Source: Sphaerodactylus townsendi (Eukaryota). Taken from it: 64,000 nt of DNA. The notes beneath the pieces are model-generated. The model did not search any database. It was not told where the DNA came from and saw only the letters and a program-made list of their open reading frames with translations. Where the stretch lies: NCBI RefSeq assembly GCF_021028975.2, contig NC_059426.1:70308001-70372000 (forward strand), read 5' to 3'. Made by a program: the position numbers and the translations under genes. Below are positions 50,308 to 62,161 of this stretch, one piece after another (position 1 is the first letter of the stretch; each line of letters begins with the position of its first letter).

Positions 50308-50420
50308 CTCCCTTCTGGATAGAAAGGTAGACAGACAGGTTCACTAATCTAATCTAATCCAGCTGGATGGGGATGGATGCACTCAGCATCCATTCTCTTT
50401 ACTCACATGGTGCTGTAGAA

Positions 50421-50606
50421 CAGTGGTTCTCGACCTGTGGGTCGGGACTCCTTTGGAGGTCGAACAACCCTTTTACAGGAGTCACCTAAGACTCTCTGCA
50501 TCAGTGTTCTCCATCTGTAAAATGAATAAATGTTAGGGTTGGGGGTCACCACAACATGATGAACTGTATTAAAGGGTCGCGGCATTAGGAAGGTTGAGAA
50601 CCACTA
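50421..50606. mobile_element. SPIN (Space Invader; URR1-related) hAT MITE
   Basis: CAGTGGTTCTCGACCTGTGGGTCGGGACTCCTTTGGAGGTCGAAC.. and ..GGTTGGGGGTCACCACAACATGATGAACTGTATTAAAGGGTCGCGGCATTAGGAAGGTTGAGAACCACT match SPIN termini. Perfect TSD CTGTAGAA. Confidence 0.9.
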
Positions 50607-51124
50607 CTGTAGAAGGTTAGAGAGCAAGAAGGAGAGCGAGAGAGTGAGAGTGAGAGGGAAGGAAGGAAGTCCCTGAGAGTATCAGTCTAACATCAAAGGG
50701 ATAGTGCCAGCATGATAGACTAAAGGTGTCAATCCCTAGGTCCCTATCTAGCATCTGGCTTACTAGTAAACCCCCCTCTGTGATTGAGGCAGGAAATAGT
50801 GTAAAGTCCTTCTCTTCCAACAATTTCCACTAGAGATGTTATGTCTGTGAACAAAATGGCTGAAAACAACGGAATATTATTGCTATGGGAGACAAATGGT
50901 GTCAAGTGAGAGTGAAGTAAAAATGATTTTTGCTAAAAAAATTGACAAAAATGGGCAATGCACATTTCAATGTAACATTTTAAAAGCCCAACTAGCCAAT
51001 GCATTTTTAGATTATAAAAACATTTAATATATAAGCTGACCTTTAAACACACTCAGCTGAGAGTGATACAGATAATGGTAGCAGAAGTGTGTTCTAAGCA
51101 TGTAGTAAGGGAAAGAGCAGAAGG

Positions 51125-51830
51125 GAATTGGTTCCCAAGAGATGCTCCCTATGAAAGTCAAGTAGTAAACAAATCTTTGCACAGGAACAGACACCTGGTG
51201 TAGTTTTAATTGCAGTACAGATCTGAAGTGCAACCACAGTAAAAATGCTACAGGGATTAAGCCCTTCAGATGCCCTATAACGTTTTATATAAATAGACAA
51301 CATCGGAACTTTCTCATCAGACTTCTTTGAAGAAATGGAAGAAGGAATGGATTCTTCCCATATTTACTGAAAATAGATTCTTATGAGAATAAAGAAAGCT
51401 AATGCTGCCATCTTATCTTATAATTCCAAATTCTTAGAATCCTTCAAAAAGACATTGTATATCTTAGATTACAAAGTCACAAAGGGGTCACACACCCTGT
51501 AATGTTGTCACAGTCTTAAAATGCCCTCCCTAACTCCTGTAGCTTTAAATAGTCTAGGAATAATAAGACTCTGTATACTTCTTACTCCAAGAATAATGAC
51601 ACGCTTTATATCTGTTAAGAACCGCATTGGATATTTGAGGTTTTAAAATTTAGTATTGTAATTTATCTTGACCATTTATTCCAAGCAACAGAACACATAA
51701 AGTACATCTTGAGGCAGCATCCAGTTTTCTTGAAATTTCATCTAACTGCTATTTCTTTTGTCTCTCAAAGATATGCAATATCTAGAATGAACAACTTCTG
51801 TTCTCTTTGACTGGGTTTGGCAAGGTAAGG
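51125..51830 (+). promoter_or_regulatory. Candidate promoter and 5' UTR exon for the OR at 52975
   Basis: AATTGG adjacent to O/E-like TTCCCAAGAGA (~51125-51141), TATATAAA (~51286), exon-like TTTGTCTCTCAAAG|...GGCAAG|GTAAGG (51771-51824), and acceptor TTTTCCAG at 52944. Confidence 0.35.
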
Positions 51831-52974
51831 CTTCTGAGGCTGACACGCTGAAAGTGAGTACAGAAGATAATGTCAGAGTAAAACTGAAGTCATGACTTCA
51901 TTTTTTTCCCCAAAGACCTATAGCTACATGTGTATATGTTTTAGATTCCATATAATTGAATGATGATTACAGGATGTGGCAAAAAATAAATTAGAATCAC
52001 AAAGGCATGAAGTTTCTGTTCTTTTCCTTATACGACTGTGCTGATTGACATGGTTGAAGTTTAACTGTTATATGTCATCATTTTTGTGCCATTTCTTCTT
52101 TTTATGCCAGATTTATCCTGTAATAATTAACATGTTTTAGTGTTGCCTTAATACATGTTATAGGTATATATATAAAAAGTGGGTTTAAATTATACAAATA
52201 GCAAGTACATTACATAAAAGAAAAACAAGATAAGCAGGAAAAGCAACAGAAACTATGTGAAACACATGAGTCTTTTCTGCACAACCAAAATAAGATGTCC
52301 TGGGGATGTCTTAAAAAAAAAACCAGTCTCCTTCTTTTTGGCCCAGACAGCACAAACACACAAAAAAGCATCCGGAAACAGCAGGTTTTTTCCTCTGCCC
52401 ACTTCCAGTTTCTCTCTTTCTCACACCCACCATTTTCTGCCACTTGACTCCTCTGTTCTGCCCGCCATTCGCTAAAGTTGCCCCAGGATGCTTGCTCTGC
52501 AGGCATTGCTGCTGGCCTCCTTTTTAGCTTATAAAATACATAATTCAACTCAGTGTTTCCTGCCAATTCTGGCAATATGCCATTTTCCAAGGGGGGGAGG
52601 TTCTGTGTGTAATTTTCAATGAGGTGTCTTCAAAGGCACAAACACACAATATGAGAATCGAATGAAATTCTCATATCATTTGTTCATGTCTTTGAAGATA
52701 CCTCATCAAAAAAAATTTAAACTGGAAATTTATTCTATAGAAACTGAAAGCCCAGGCAACTTTTGAAGGGCAGCTGCATATGCAACCAGAATGATAGATA
52801 TTAATGAGAAACCTGTTAAAAACCAAGCCCAGTTAACTTCCAATTCATCTTTTTTTCTTTCCCTGTTTATTTTGCTTGTAAAATATGTGGATCAGAAAAC
52901 ATGTAGTGAAACATGGTGCTAACATCTGTTGTACATTTTTCCAGGTATTTCAGCACATGAGTACTAAGAGATTC

Positions 52975-53907
52975 ATGGAAGGAAGCAATCATACTACAGT
53001 GACTGAGTTCATTCTTCTAGGATTCACAGCTAATCCAAAACTGCAGCTGAGCCTGTTTGTGGCATTTCTAATAATATATGTGGTTACCTTAGTTGGAAAT
53101 GTTTCACTAATAGTTCTAATCTTCAGCAGTTCTCCCCTCCATACACCCATGTATTTCTTCATTGGGAATCTGTCTTTTTTGGATATTTGGTACTCCTCTG
53201 TCTATACTCCAAAGATCCTGGTGAACTGTATTTCAGAGGACAAAAGCATTTCCTTTGGAGGTTGTGCTGCCCAGTTCTTCTTCTCTGCTGGTCTTGCATA
53301 TAGTGAGTGCTACCTCCTGGCAGCCATGGCTTATGATCGTTACATAGCAATAGCTACCCCACTGCTGTATGCTACTGCCATGTCCAGAAAGCTATGCTTA
53401 GGACTTGTGGCCCTCTCATATTTAGGTGGATTCATCAATGCCACAATTCTCACCAGTGAAACCTTCACACTGACCTTCTGTGATGGCAACATCATTGATG
53501 ACTTCTTCTGTGATGTGCCACCTCTGGTAAAGCTCTCCTGTGATGTGACTGAGAGTTACCAATCTGTGCTATACTTCCTTCTCACTTATAACATCATTGC
53601 CCCCTCAGTTTTCATTCTTGCCACTTATTCTTTCATCCTAGCAGCCATTTTGCGGATCCGTTCCACTGAAGGCAGGCGCAAAGCCTTTTCAACGTGTGCT
53701 TCCCACCTGACAGCTGTCACTTTGTACTATGGTTCCATTCTCTTCATCTACTCACGCCCCAGCTCCAACTATACTTTGGAAAGGGACAAATGGACTTCCA
53801 TGTTCTACACAGTGGTTTTCCCCATGCTGAATCCCATGATTTACAGTTTAAGGAACAAGGATGTCAAAAATGCTTTGAAGAAGATGATCAGAAGGACAGG
53901 TTTCTAA
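52975..53907 (+). CDS. OR9G1: Olfactory receptor, OR9G1-like, 310 aa (alternative in-frame ATG at 52957)
   Basis: [40 protein letters not shown] and NIIDDFFCD match OR9G1 as I recall it; standard OR motifs are intact. The symbol denotes a probable co-orthologue. Confidence 0.93.
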   Translation: MEGSNHTTVTEFILLGFTANPKLQLSLFVAFLIIYVVTLVGNVSLIVLIFSSSPLHTPMYFFIGNLSFLDIWYSSVYTPKILVNCISEDKSISFGGCAAQFFFSAGLAYSECYLLAAMAYDRYIAIATPLLYATAMSRKLCLGLVALSYLGGFINATILTSETFTLTFCDGNIIDDFFCDVPPLVKLSCDVTESYQSVLYFLLTYNIIAPSVFILATYSFILAAILRIRSTEGRRKAFSTCASHLTAVTLYYGSILFIYSRPSSNYTLERDKWTSMFYTVVFPMLNPMIYSLRNKDVKNALKKMIRRTGF

Positions 53908-54739
53908 ACTGAAGGCATAATAGAGTTGATAACGATGAAACCTTATTTTATGCTAAATATTTGTGTACTGTTGCTGTCACATCCACTAAAATATAAAATA
54001 TCCAATATGATAAATTGCATAAAGAAATGCTACCTTTACAAGTTTATATGACGAAGCAGCCTTGAACTTTCTGTGTATCAGTTCTAGATAGTTGCATGTG
54101 TCCCAGAATAAATGTGAGCAATAAGATCAGAAATGGTGTGGCAGTTAAGACTCAGTTTTCACTTTCAGTCCTCCCAGTTTCTTCAGAGTTAAGTGTGCCA
54201 AACCATCTCTTGACTAAGCTATTCTCTTGACTAAGCTATTCTCTAAAATGAACACACACTTGCTCAGACAGCTGAATTAAGCAGTTCCAGCTCTTTACTG
54301 GACCTTACACTTCAGACTGTGAGTAGAAAGGCATACTTGAATGTTCTCCATTAGGGTTTTTTTTTAATACTCCTGTGTAGAAAAGGACAACATGATAGTG
54401 AGATTACTTGACTGATTTCCATGGGAGACTTTAAAAACTTGATCAAGCTAAAAGCTGATTGGGTAACTGTATTCAACATACAAGCACCAGCTGAAGTCTT
54501 TTTTCTAAAATAAGGTTTTCTGAGAATAATTTGTCAGGGGCTTTACCCAGGAAACAAGGAAGACTTCATTCCTCTTGTCTTTCCATAAGGGTTGTGGCAC
54601 CAAATTTTTAAAGAGGACTGGGGAGATGCTACTTGGTGAGCAATATTCTGGTCCCAGCTCCCATCCCTGTTGGCAGTTCCTCTCTCCAATGGAAGCAAAA
54701 GAAATGAGGGGTGCGAAGAGACATTGCACAACATCACAA

Positions 54740-55435
54740 TGTGACCTGAATTCACCTGCCAACCCTCCTCAGATGAGGAAGAGACAGAGGAAGCTGGACC
54801 CAGACCTTGGAGGCAGCAGAAGACCCACCAGACAAGGTAAAGACTCCATCTAGAGCAGAAGGGGAATTTCTGGCTGAAGGCAGCACGCCATACCCTCAGT
54901 CTCACAGATGGTTCTGAGGCTGAAACAAAAGCACTGCATCTCCAGAGTCACCAGAGCCTTTGGAACACCGCAGAAGGAGGTCTTGGATGGAGGCGCAGGA
55001 GTGGTGCCATAACATTGCCATCCTCTGTGAGCTTGAGTCACCACAGGATCAGGGTGGACACAAAGGCTGCTCAACCAGTGATGGGTGGTGCCTGTCCATT
55101 GCAGACTCAACAGGTTGAGGGATTTGCTCCTGATCAGGGTTCCCCTGATAAAAACAGTGATAGAAGGGTGAACCAGCATAGAAGCAACTTGATCACAACC
55201 CAGGTGTACCCACTGGTGCTGTGCATCTTAGACCTCAGTGTGTTTTGTTCTAGTCCTGGATTTGGACTATGTTTCTTGAATTTACTGCTGACATTTCTCT
55301 GTGTCTTGACTTGTGCTTTCCAGATTTGCTCTTCTGTTTTGGTGCTTGGTCTTCTAGTTGTGTTTTGACCCTGAACTGTGCCTTAGCCTATTCTTGCAGG
55401 CTTTTGCCCCAGGCACCTGCCTAAACCTGGATACA
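54740..55435. mobile_element. Possible solo LTR (Gypsy-like)
   Basis: TGTGA..ATACA termini interrupting another repeat, with LTR-like composition. No clean TSD found. Confidence 0.3.
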
Positions 55436-55934
55436 ATGTCACCTCTGGTTGAACCCACAAGTGGTGTCACAATACTCTAGGAATTCCCCTGATTGTTATA
55501 AGTTTTGCCATAGACATTGAGGGAGTCTGAGGATATCACAATGTCACATGACCTCCTGCTCCAACATGTTTGCCCCCATTGGAGTGAAGAGACCATCTTA
55601 CAACCCTACTCTTAAATATCTTCTAAAACCAGGAGTCTAGAATTTTCCATGATGTAGAAGGGGTAGTACCTGATAGGAATGAAGGACAGATTAGTTATTT
55701 GGGATCCCCCCCCCTTTTTTTTTGTAATCAGAATCACAAGTCTGGTTAATTTTTTTATTTTTACAAAGTTGGTATCTTACTGTCAATCCTATGCATAGTT
55801 TGGATCTGGAACCCAAGGGAAGTAACAAACCACTTCAAAATCTCAAAACTTAAAATAATCAGACAATTAAAAGCAGCCAACAAATGTATAAATAGAGCCC
55901 ATTTACAGATACCTGCCCCCATAGTCTTGTGTGT

Positions 55935-56180
55935 ATGTAAAGTGCTGTCAAGTCACAGTTTAAGAACATAAGAACATAAGAACATAAGTTTGGCATAAGA
56001 ACATAAGAACATAAGTTTGACTTATCATGATCCCAGCAAGGGACTTTCAAGGCAAGCGATTAAGCAGAAGTAGGTTGTCAAGTGCATTCCTCTACAAAGA
56101 CTTGCTTGGTGATCTCCCATTCAAGTTCCAACACTGCTCAACTTCTAAGATCTGCTGAAATCAGGTTATACTTTAGCGTT
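55935..56180 (-). mobile_element. 5S-derived SINE interrupted by a (TAAGAACA)n insert
   Basis: Same family as 36990-37200. The octamer repeats at 55961-56015 are the reverse complement of a CR1-type (TTCTTATG)n tail. Confidence 0.6.
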
Positions 56181-56883
56181 CAACTCCCTCCTCCAAGTCT
56201 TAACAGACTGTAAAATGTACAACAGAATTGTTCAAGGTTGCATTTTTATAAAGGGGATGTAGTTTTAATATCTACGAATGTTTCAGGCAGTTTTCATTGT
56301 TTTGTGAATTGAATATATTACACTGTTTTTATTCCATAGTACTTGAATTTTGTATTCTATCTTTATTGTGCTGTTCATTTATTGTGTTGTTCATATATAT
56401 TTTACTATTTTCTGCATCATGCTCCAATTTAGTAATCTTGTATTGTATGTATTTTACCATTTTAGCATGTTGTTCTTTAACTTTGTAAAACAGTTTAAAT
56501 GCATTGTTTGCTGCATGCATAACATCGTTCCTACTTCATTGATTTTAATCTTGTAATCAGCCTTGAATTCCTTCCAGAAAAAACAGACTATAAATGGGGT
56601 AAATAAATAAATAATGTGTATGGTTTTACACTGTAGTGTACTTTGCCCATTGATCAACCTGACCCTGCCTGGAAGGTAATAAACAGTTACAATATGGAAG
56701 CATTCCAAACATACTGCAATGAGAGAATTGGTATTCAGCTAGAAAAAATATTTCCTGGAGTATGAGTAAATTTCAGATTAGATTGATTTAGCATAAAGTG
56801 ATGTTGATCTTTTTTGGATATAATGTTAACAAAAACAACAAAGGTTGTTATTTGATTAATAATGGCTCTACAATCATCTAGGC

Positions 56884-57420
56884 CAGGGGTCGGGAACCTT
56901 TTCCCCGCAAAGAGCCATTTGGCTCACCCACCCCCCACTCGCTGGCACGCCCCCCCCTCCGCTCCCCCGCCCACTTGCTCGCTCGCGCCCCCCCTCCGCC
57001 CGCTCACACACACACACCCGCCTGCAGGGCAGGCGTAGATAGGCCCGGCGGCTCGGCCTTGCCGGCTGCCGGGCGAGTGATGCGCCCGCCCTGCTCCTTA
57101 CAGGGCGGGTGAAGAGGTGCCCGGCGGCTCGGCCGGGCCGGCCACCGGGGGAACGATGCTCCCGCCCTGCTCCTCGCAGGGCAGGAGAAGAGGTGCCCGG
57201 CGGCTCGGCCGGGCCGGCCGCCGGGGGAACAATGCTCCCGCCCTGCGAGGGGAGAAGAGGTGCCCGGCGGCTCGGCCGGGCCGGCCGCCGGGGAAACGAT
57301 GCTCCCGCCCTGCTCCTCGCAGGGCGGGAGAAGAGGGGCCCCGCGGCTCGGCTGATGGAGCCGCAGAACAGCGGCGGAAGAGCCGCATGCGGCTCGCGAG
57401 CCGCGGGTTCCCGACCCCTG
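56884..57420. mobile_element. Young GC-rich hAT (Charlie-like) MITE with an internal ~60-73-bp tandem repeat
   Basis: TIRs CAGGGGTCGGGAACC / GGTTCCCGACCCCTG, perfect TSD ATCTAGGC, about 4 internal repeat units, and CpGs intact. Confidence 0.92.
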
Positions 57421-57439
57421 ATCTAGGCCGTAATTGCGA

Positions 57440-58062
57440 CAGGGGGCAAGGCACATTGTGAGCTCTGGTGGGTGAGCATGCATGCCCTGGGCCGGCTGGG
57501 CAGCTGAGCCAGCCCCAGCCCTGATTGCATTATATGCACATGCTGGAAGGGTGGAGGACGCTCCCTATGTATTAGGCAGCATGCGATTGCTCCAGCCTCT
57601 TTGACACCTGGAGCAAAGTTGACCCACCCACCCTCCCTATTTTAGGGTTGGGTTGGGCTGCTCTGTTCGTCAGTTTAGGCAGAGCAGCACATCCTTGTGG
57701 GGAGACCGGGCTCGTGCCTGGACCTCCTCGCGTTTGGGGGCCTCCTTAAGAGGTTTGGGGTGGGGCAGGCTCATGGGCATGCCACAGAGGCTTCTGCAAA
57801 TTTGAGCCTGACACCCCAGCAGTTAGGGGACCACAAAGGGCGGACGCACCAGTGGCCCTGACCTTTCTGTCCTCCCCAAGATGGATTGGGTGGTCCCGGG
57901 ATCAGCCAGGGGTGCTGACCAGCCGGTGAACGGATGTGCTCCTCTTGCATGCCCAGCTTCCACCTTAAATGATGTAAATATAATAAAAGGGCTGTGGCCC
58001 AATTTCATTCCAAGAACTTGTCCTGTGGTTATTCACCAGACAGTATCTGCACATCTGGACGC
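57440..58062 (+). mobile_element. Terminal-repeat segment of a Ngaro/DIRS-like element
   Basis: The end AATAAAAGGGCTGTGGCCCAATTTCATTCC..TGTCCTGTGGTTATTCACCAGA..CTGCACATCTGG is similar to the reverse complement of 41760-41830. Confidence 0.5.
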
Positions 58063-59094
58063 AATATTTTCATTGATGTTCTGTGAGGAGACACCTGCAT
58101 GCAAAAAAAGAAAACTTATGCCAAAACAATGAATCTACATCTCTACATTTCAAAACTCTACTCCATTGAGAGAACAGGTGTTCCTCTGAGAGATGGAGTA
58201 GCTTGACTACAATGTATCTCGGGGAGTTGACAATGACCTTATCAAAAGTACTGGAAAAATCCAAATGCTTTAATATTGTATATTAGCTTAATGTGGCATT
58301 TTCTTTCCATGCAAGTAGCCAACACAAGCAGATGTAGAGTGGGAAAAGTGGTAGTTTAAGAATCAGATCTAGTTGAGCAATTCTGATACTCCAGCTAGTT
58401 TGTTTATACTTTCCTTGTGGTTGCCTATTTCTATTCCAGCGCTACTAAATAATACTTAAATTATGAACACAGAGAAATCTCCACTACAGAGCTGTGGGAA
58501 ATATGTTAAAAAAATCTATTCCCTCAATGAGAAAGCTTATGCATGAATCTAGTTTTAAACCTGTTTACCTGTAGAGCAGCTTTTGATAGCTGTACTAAGA
58601 AAACGGAACCGTGAAAGACACTACTGGGACGAAATCCTTAAGAGACCTCAGAATGAATGATCTGCATAAATACCCACCAGCATTTTCTCAACAACTGCTG
58701 ATACGATGTGATATCATGTGAGTAAATAGCTATTTCTTGCATGTAGTTAAAAAAGAGATACAATGAGATAGGGTTTTTTTGCTGTTGTTGTTCTGAAGTT
58801 GTATAATTTTAACGTGAAGAGATTTCATTAATATAATATGGTATAATGACTACTGGTGACAACCCATTCTTAAAACTAGTAATTTTTCCAAGCAGTATCC
58901 CAGAAAAGATCCTGCAGGTACTTTTCTTTAAGATAGCCAGCAAGAAACCTCCTTCCAGTTCTCCTTTCACAGACACTAGCATATTCACTGTTATTCAAAG
59001 CGAGCAGAATCAGTCAACAGACTAAAGCGCTATCTCTCAGGGGGATGCTATCTATGTCAGGGGGATGTTATCTAGTTGATAACATCCCCCTTGG

Positions 59095-60180
59095 TGGACA
59101 TTATCAATCTGTTCCTGAACTCAGCAATTTTCCCAGGAAGGTTGAAGGTGGCAGTGCTATGACTGATCTTGAAAAAAAAACCATCCCTGGATCCTTGTAA
59201 TCTGTCTAATTAATACCCAGTATTGAATCTTTCATTCCTGGGCAAGGTAGTTGTCACTGCCCATTCCTGGGCAAGGTAGCTATCACTGAAGCAGAGCAGC
59301 TCTATGTTTTTTTAGAGGATACCTTAGCCATAGATCCATCCAAGCTTGCTTCCTCTGAAGCCATGGGATGGAGACCATGTTGTTTGCCCTCACAGACAAT
59401 CTCTGTAGGCAACTAGATTGGGACAGGTTGACAGTGCTATTATTACTCAGTATTGCAGCAGTGTTTGATACAGTTGGCCATTTGACCCACCCACCTTCGG
59501 GGATGGGGCGGTATAAAAATCTAATAAAATAAATAAAAATAAATAAATTCTGGGTTGCAAGGGACAGTTTTACAGTGGCTGCTCTCCTTTCTCCAGGATC
59601 AGGGACAGAGAGTCGTAACAGGGGAGAAAGTATCATGATGACACCCTCAGGGGGCAATCCTCTCCCCAATGCTATTTAATATCTATATGTGACCCCCCCT
59701 CACCATCAGTATACAGATGACAGCCAGCTGTACCTGTTGATGGAAAGCTTGCCAGGTGTCATCCCAGTTACACTGGCCAGGTGTTTGGAGGCAGTAGTGG
59801 GATGGTTGAAGCAGAGTTAGTTGAAACTTAATCCATCAAACATGGAGGTTCTGTGGCTGAGCCGTGGAGATTCAGAACTGGGGAACCAGCAGCTGAAACT
59901 GGATGGGGGGGGGGGGGAATTAACACCTACACCTACTGTCAAAAGTCCAGGGGTGACTCTGGATGCCTCCCTTTCTATGGAGACTCAGGTTACCAGTACA
60001 ACCAGAATGATATTTTTTCATCTTCAACAAAGTAAGCAGTTGACCACCAGGAGATACTGTTTTAATGTAATTTTTACTGAATAATAATTTTTGACTGAAT
60101 TAATCATTTTAAGTGTGAGCTGCCCTGAGCAACTCTTTGATGGGGATGTGGGGGTGGGTAATAAAAAATAAACAAAAACG
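59095..60180 (+). mobile_element. Degraded L2 LINE with a nested short L2-type tail at ~59487-59548
   Basis: KKPSLDP..LSN, VLLLLSIAAVFDTVGH, PQGAILSPMLFNIYM, QYTDDSQLY and LKLNPSNMEVL. Confidence 0.8.
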
Positions 60181-60514
60181 TAATTGCTGAAAATGGTAGG
60201 GATTCCAGGTGAAGAGAAACCTCCAGGATATATAAAAATTTACAGGCTGAGAAAAAATGCAACTAGAGGCTGGGAAAGGGAAGTGATCAACAAGACTGAA
60301 CAGTAGAAATCATACTTTATCGCTCCCCATAGTGTTAAAGTAGATCAAACACATGTGATATTCGCACAAATTAAACTGCTGACATGCTTTTTTCTTCTTA
60401 TAAAGTATTGACTAACAATTATCAGAATACAATCCCCATTATTCTGTATACAAAGAAAAACTTTTCTCTATGTTGCTCTGTTATTAAGATGAAAGAACTA
60501 GTATTTTATGTATA

Positions 60515-60517
<3 letters not shown>

Positions 60518-60592
<75 letters not shown>
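60518..60592 (+). repeat. (GAT)25 microsatellite forming the RTE element tail
   Basis: Perfect 75-nt trinucleotide run. Confidence 0.97.
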
Positions 60593-60593
<1 letters not shown>

Positions 60594-61114
60594 TTATCCA
60601 TTCAGTCATTCTCGACCCTTGGCAACCCAATATGCAAGCTCTTTCCACGTTTTTCGATTAAGTACTGCTTCCTTCAGCTGGTTGATGCTCATGCCTGTAT
60701 CAGCTTTTATGGTATCCAGCCATCGTATTCTTTGGCGTCCAGGTCTTTTCCTGCCATTGACAAGATTGAGCATCATAGATTTTTCTAGCAAATTTGATCG
60801 CATCACATGACCCAAGTATGTAAGTCTGAGCCTGGTTATTTTCCCTTCTAGTGAAGTATCTGGTTTTATGCGGCTCAAGACTTCTGCATTTGTCATCCTA
60901 GCTGTCCATGGTATGTGCAGTAGTTTTCGCCAACACCACAACTCAAAAGCGTCTATTCTTCTTCTGTTGGCTTTCTTTATAGTCCAGCTTTCACACCCAT
61001 AAATGGTTATGGGGAAGATGATGGCTTGGACTAGCCTGTGCTTGGTTTTGATGCTGATGTCTCTGCTTCTCCACATTTTATCCATGCTCAGCATTGCGCT
61101 ACGTCCTAATGCTA
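60518..61114 (-). mobile_element. 5'-truncated RTE-clade (BovB-like) LINE with a (CAT)25 tail
   Basis: Uninterrupted 162-aa ORF (TKHRLVQAIIFPITIYGCESWTIKKANRRRIDAFELWCWRKLL.IPWTAR..YLGHVMR..GRQRIRWLD). 13-bp TSD TTTATGTATATTT (60505-60517, 61115-61127). Confidence 0.92.
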
Positions 61115-61225
61115 TTTATGTATATTTAGGACACCTCAAAAAAACAGAATATCAAAAAATAATGAAACAACCATGCTTATCTCCTTTTTTTCCTCTAGTG
61201 ATCGATCGTATCCAGGCTAAGGCTG

Positions 61226-62161
61226 ATGGAAGAAACAAACCAAACCACACTGACAAAGTTTATCCTTCTAGGCTTTACAACAGACCCCAAATTGCAGTTG
61301 ATCCTCTTTGTGGCATTTCTAGTAATATATATTGTTAGCCTGGCTGGAAACCTCACACTCATTGCTCTAATCTGCAGTACCTCCCGTCTTCATACACCCA
61401 TGTATTTCTTCATTGGGAACCTATCTTTCTTGGACCTCTGGTATTCCTCTGTTTACACTCCAAAGATCCTGGTGAACTGTGTCTCAGATGACAAAAGCAT
61501 TTCCTTCAGAGGTTGTGCTGCCCAGTTCTTCTTCTCTGCAGGCCTTGCGTACAGTGAGTGCTACCTCCTGGCAGCAATGGCTTATGATCGATATGTGGCC
61601 ATTGCTACTCCCCTACGATATGCCACTGCCATGTCCAGAAAGCTATGTACAGGACTGGTGACCTTCTCATATCTAAGTGGTTTTATCAATGCCACAGTCA
61701 TCACCAGTGAAACTTTCACACTGAATTTTTGTGACAACAACATCATTGATGACTTCTTCTGTGATCTACCCCCACTGATAAAGCTCTCCTGTGCTGTCCC
61801 CAAAAGCTACCAGTCTGTGCTGTACTTTATTCTGGCCTCTAATGTTATTACACCTTCAGCACTCATCCTTGCCTCATATACCTTTATTCTGGCAGCCATT
61901 TTGAGGATCCGCTCCACTGAAGGGAAGCTGAAAGCCTTCTCTACATGTGCCTCCCATCTGACAGCTGTCACTTTGTACTACGGTTCAATCCTCTTCATCT
62001 ACTCACGCCCTAGCTCCAGTTATGCCTTGGAGAGGGATAAAGTAGTATCTGTTTTCTACACAGTAGTGATCCCTATGCTGAATCCCTTAATCTACAGCTT
62101 GAGGAACAAAGAAGTGAAGAATGCTCTGAAGAAACTAATAATGAAATGGATGGCAATCTAA
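61226..62161 (+). CDS. OR9G1: Olfactory receptor, OR9G1-like, 311 aa
   Basis: Intact ORF and paralogue of 52975, with [35 protein letters not shown] and LASNVI. Acceptor TTTTCCTCTAG at ~61198. The symbol denotes a probable co-orthologue. Confidence 0.93.
   Translation: MEETNQTTLTKFILLGFTTDPKLQLILFVAFLVIYIVSLAGNLTLIALICSTSRLHTPMYFFIGNLSFLDLWYSSVYTPKILVNCVSDDKSISFRGCAAQFFFSAGLAYSECYLLAAMAYDRYVAIATPLRYATAMSRKLCTGLVTFSYLSGFINATVITSETFTLNFCDNNIIDDFFCDLPPLIKLSCAVPKSYQSVLYFILASNVITPSALILASYTFILAAILRIRSTEGKLKAFSTCASHLTAVTLYYGSILFIYSRPSSSYALERDKVVSVFYTVVIPMLNPLIYSLRNKEVKNALKKLIMKWMAI

Noticed and set aside
52885-52956. N-terminal extension of the OR9G-like ORF
   Set aside because: It crosses a splice-acceptor-like TTTTCCAG at 52944 and is probably intronic.
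57040-57345. Regularly spaced repeats resembling a CRISPR array
   Set aside because: Head-to-tail minisatellite without unique spacers, inside a hAT MITE in a vertebrate genome, with no cas genes.
60384-60788. ORF with a poly-methionine run
   Set aside because: This is a translation of the (GAT)25 tail of an antisense RTE element.
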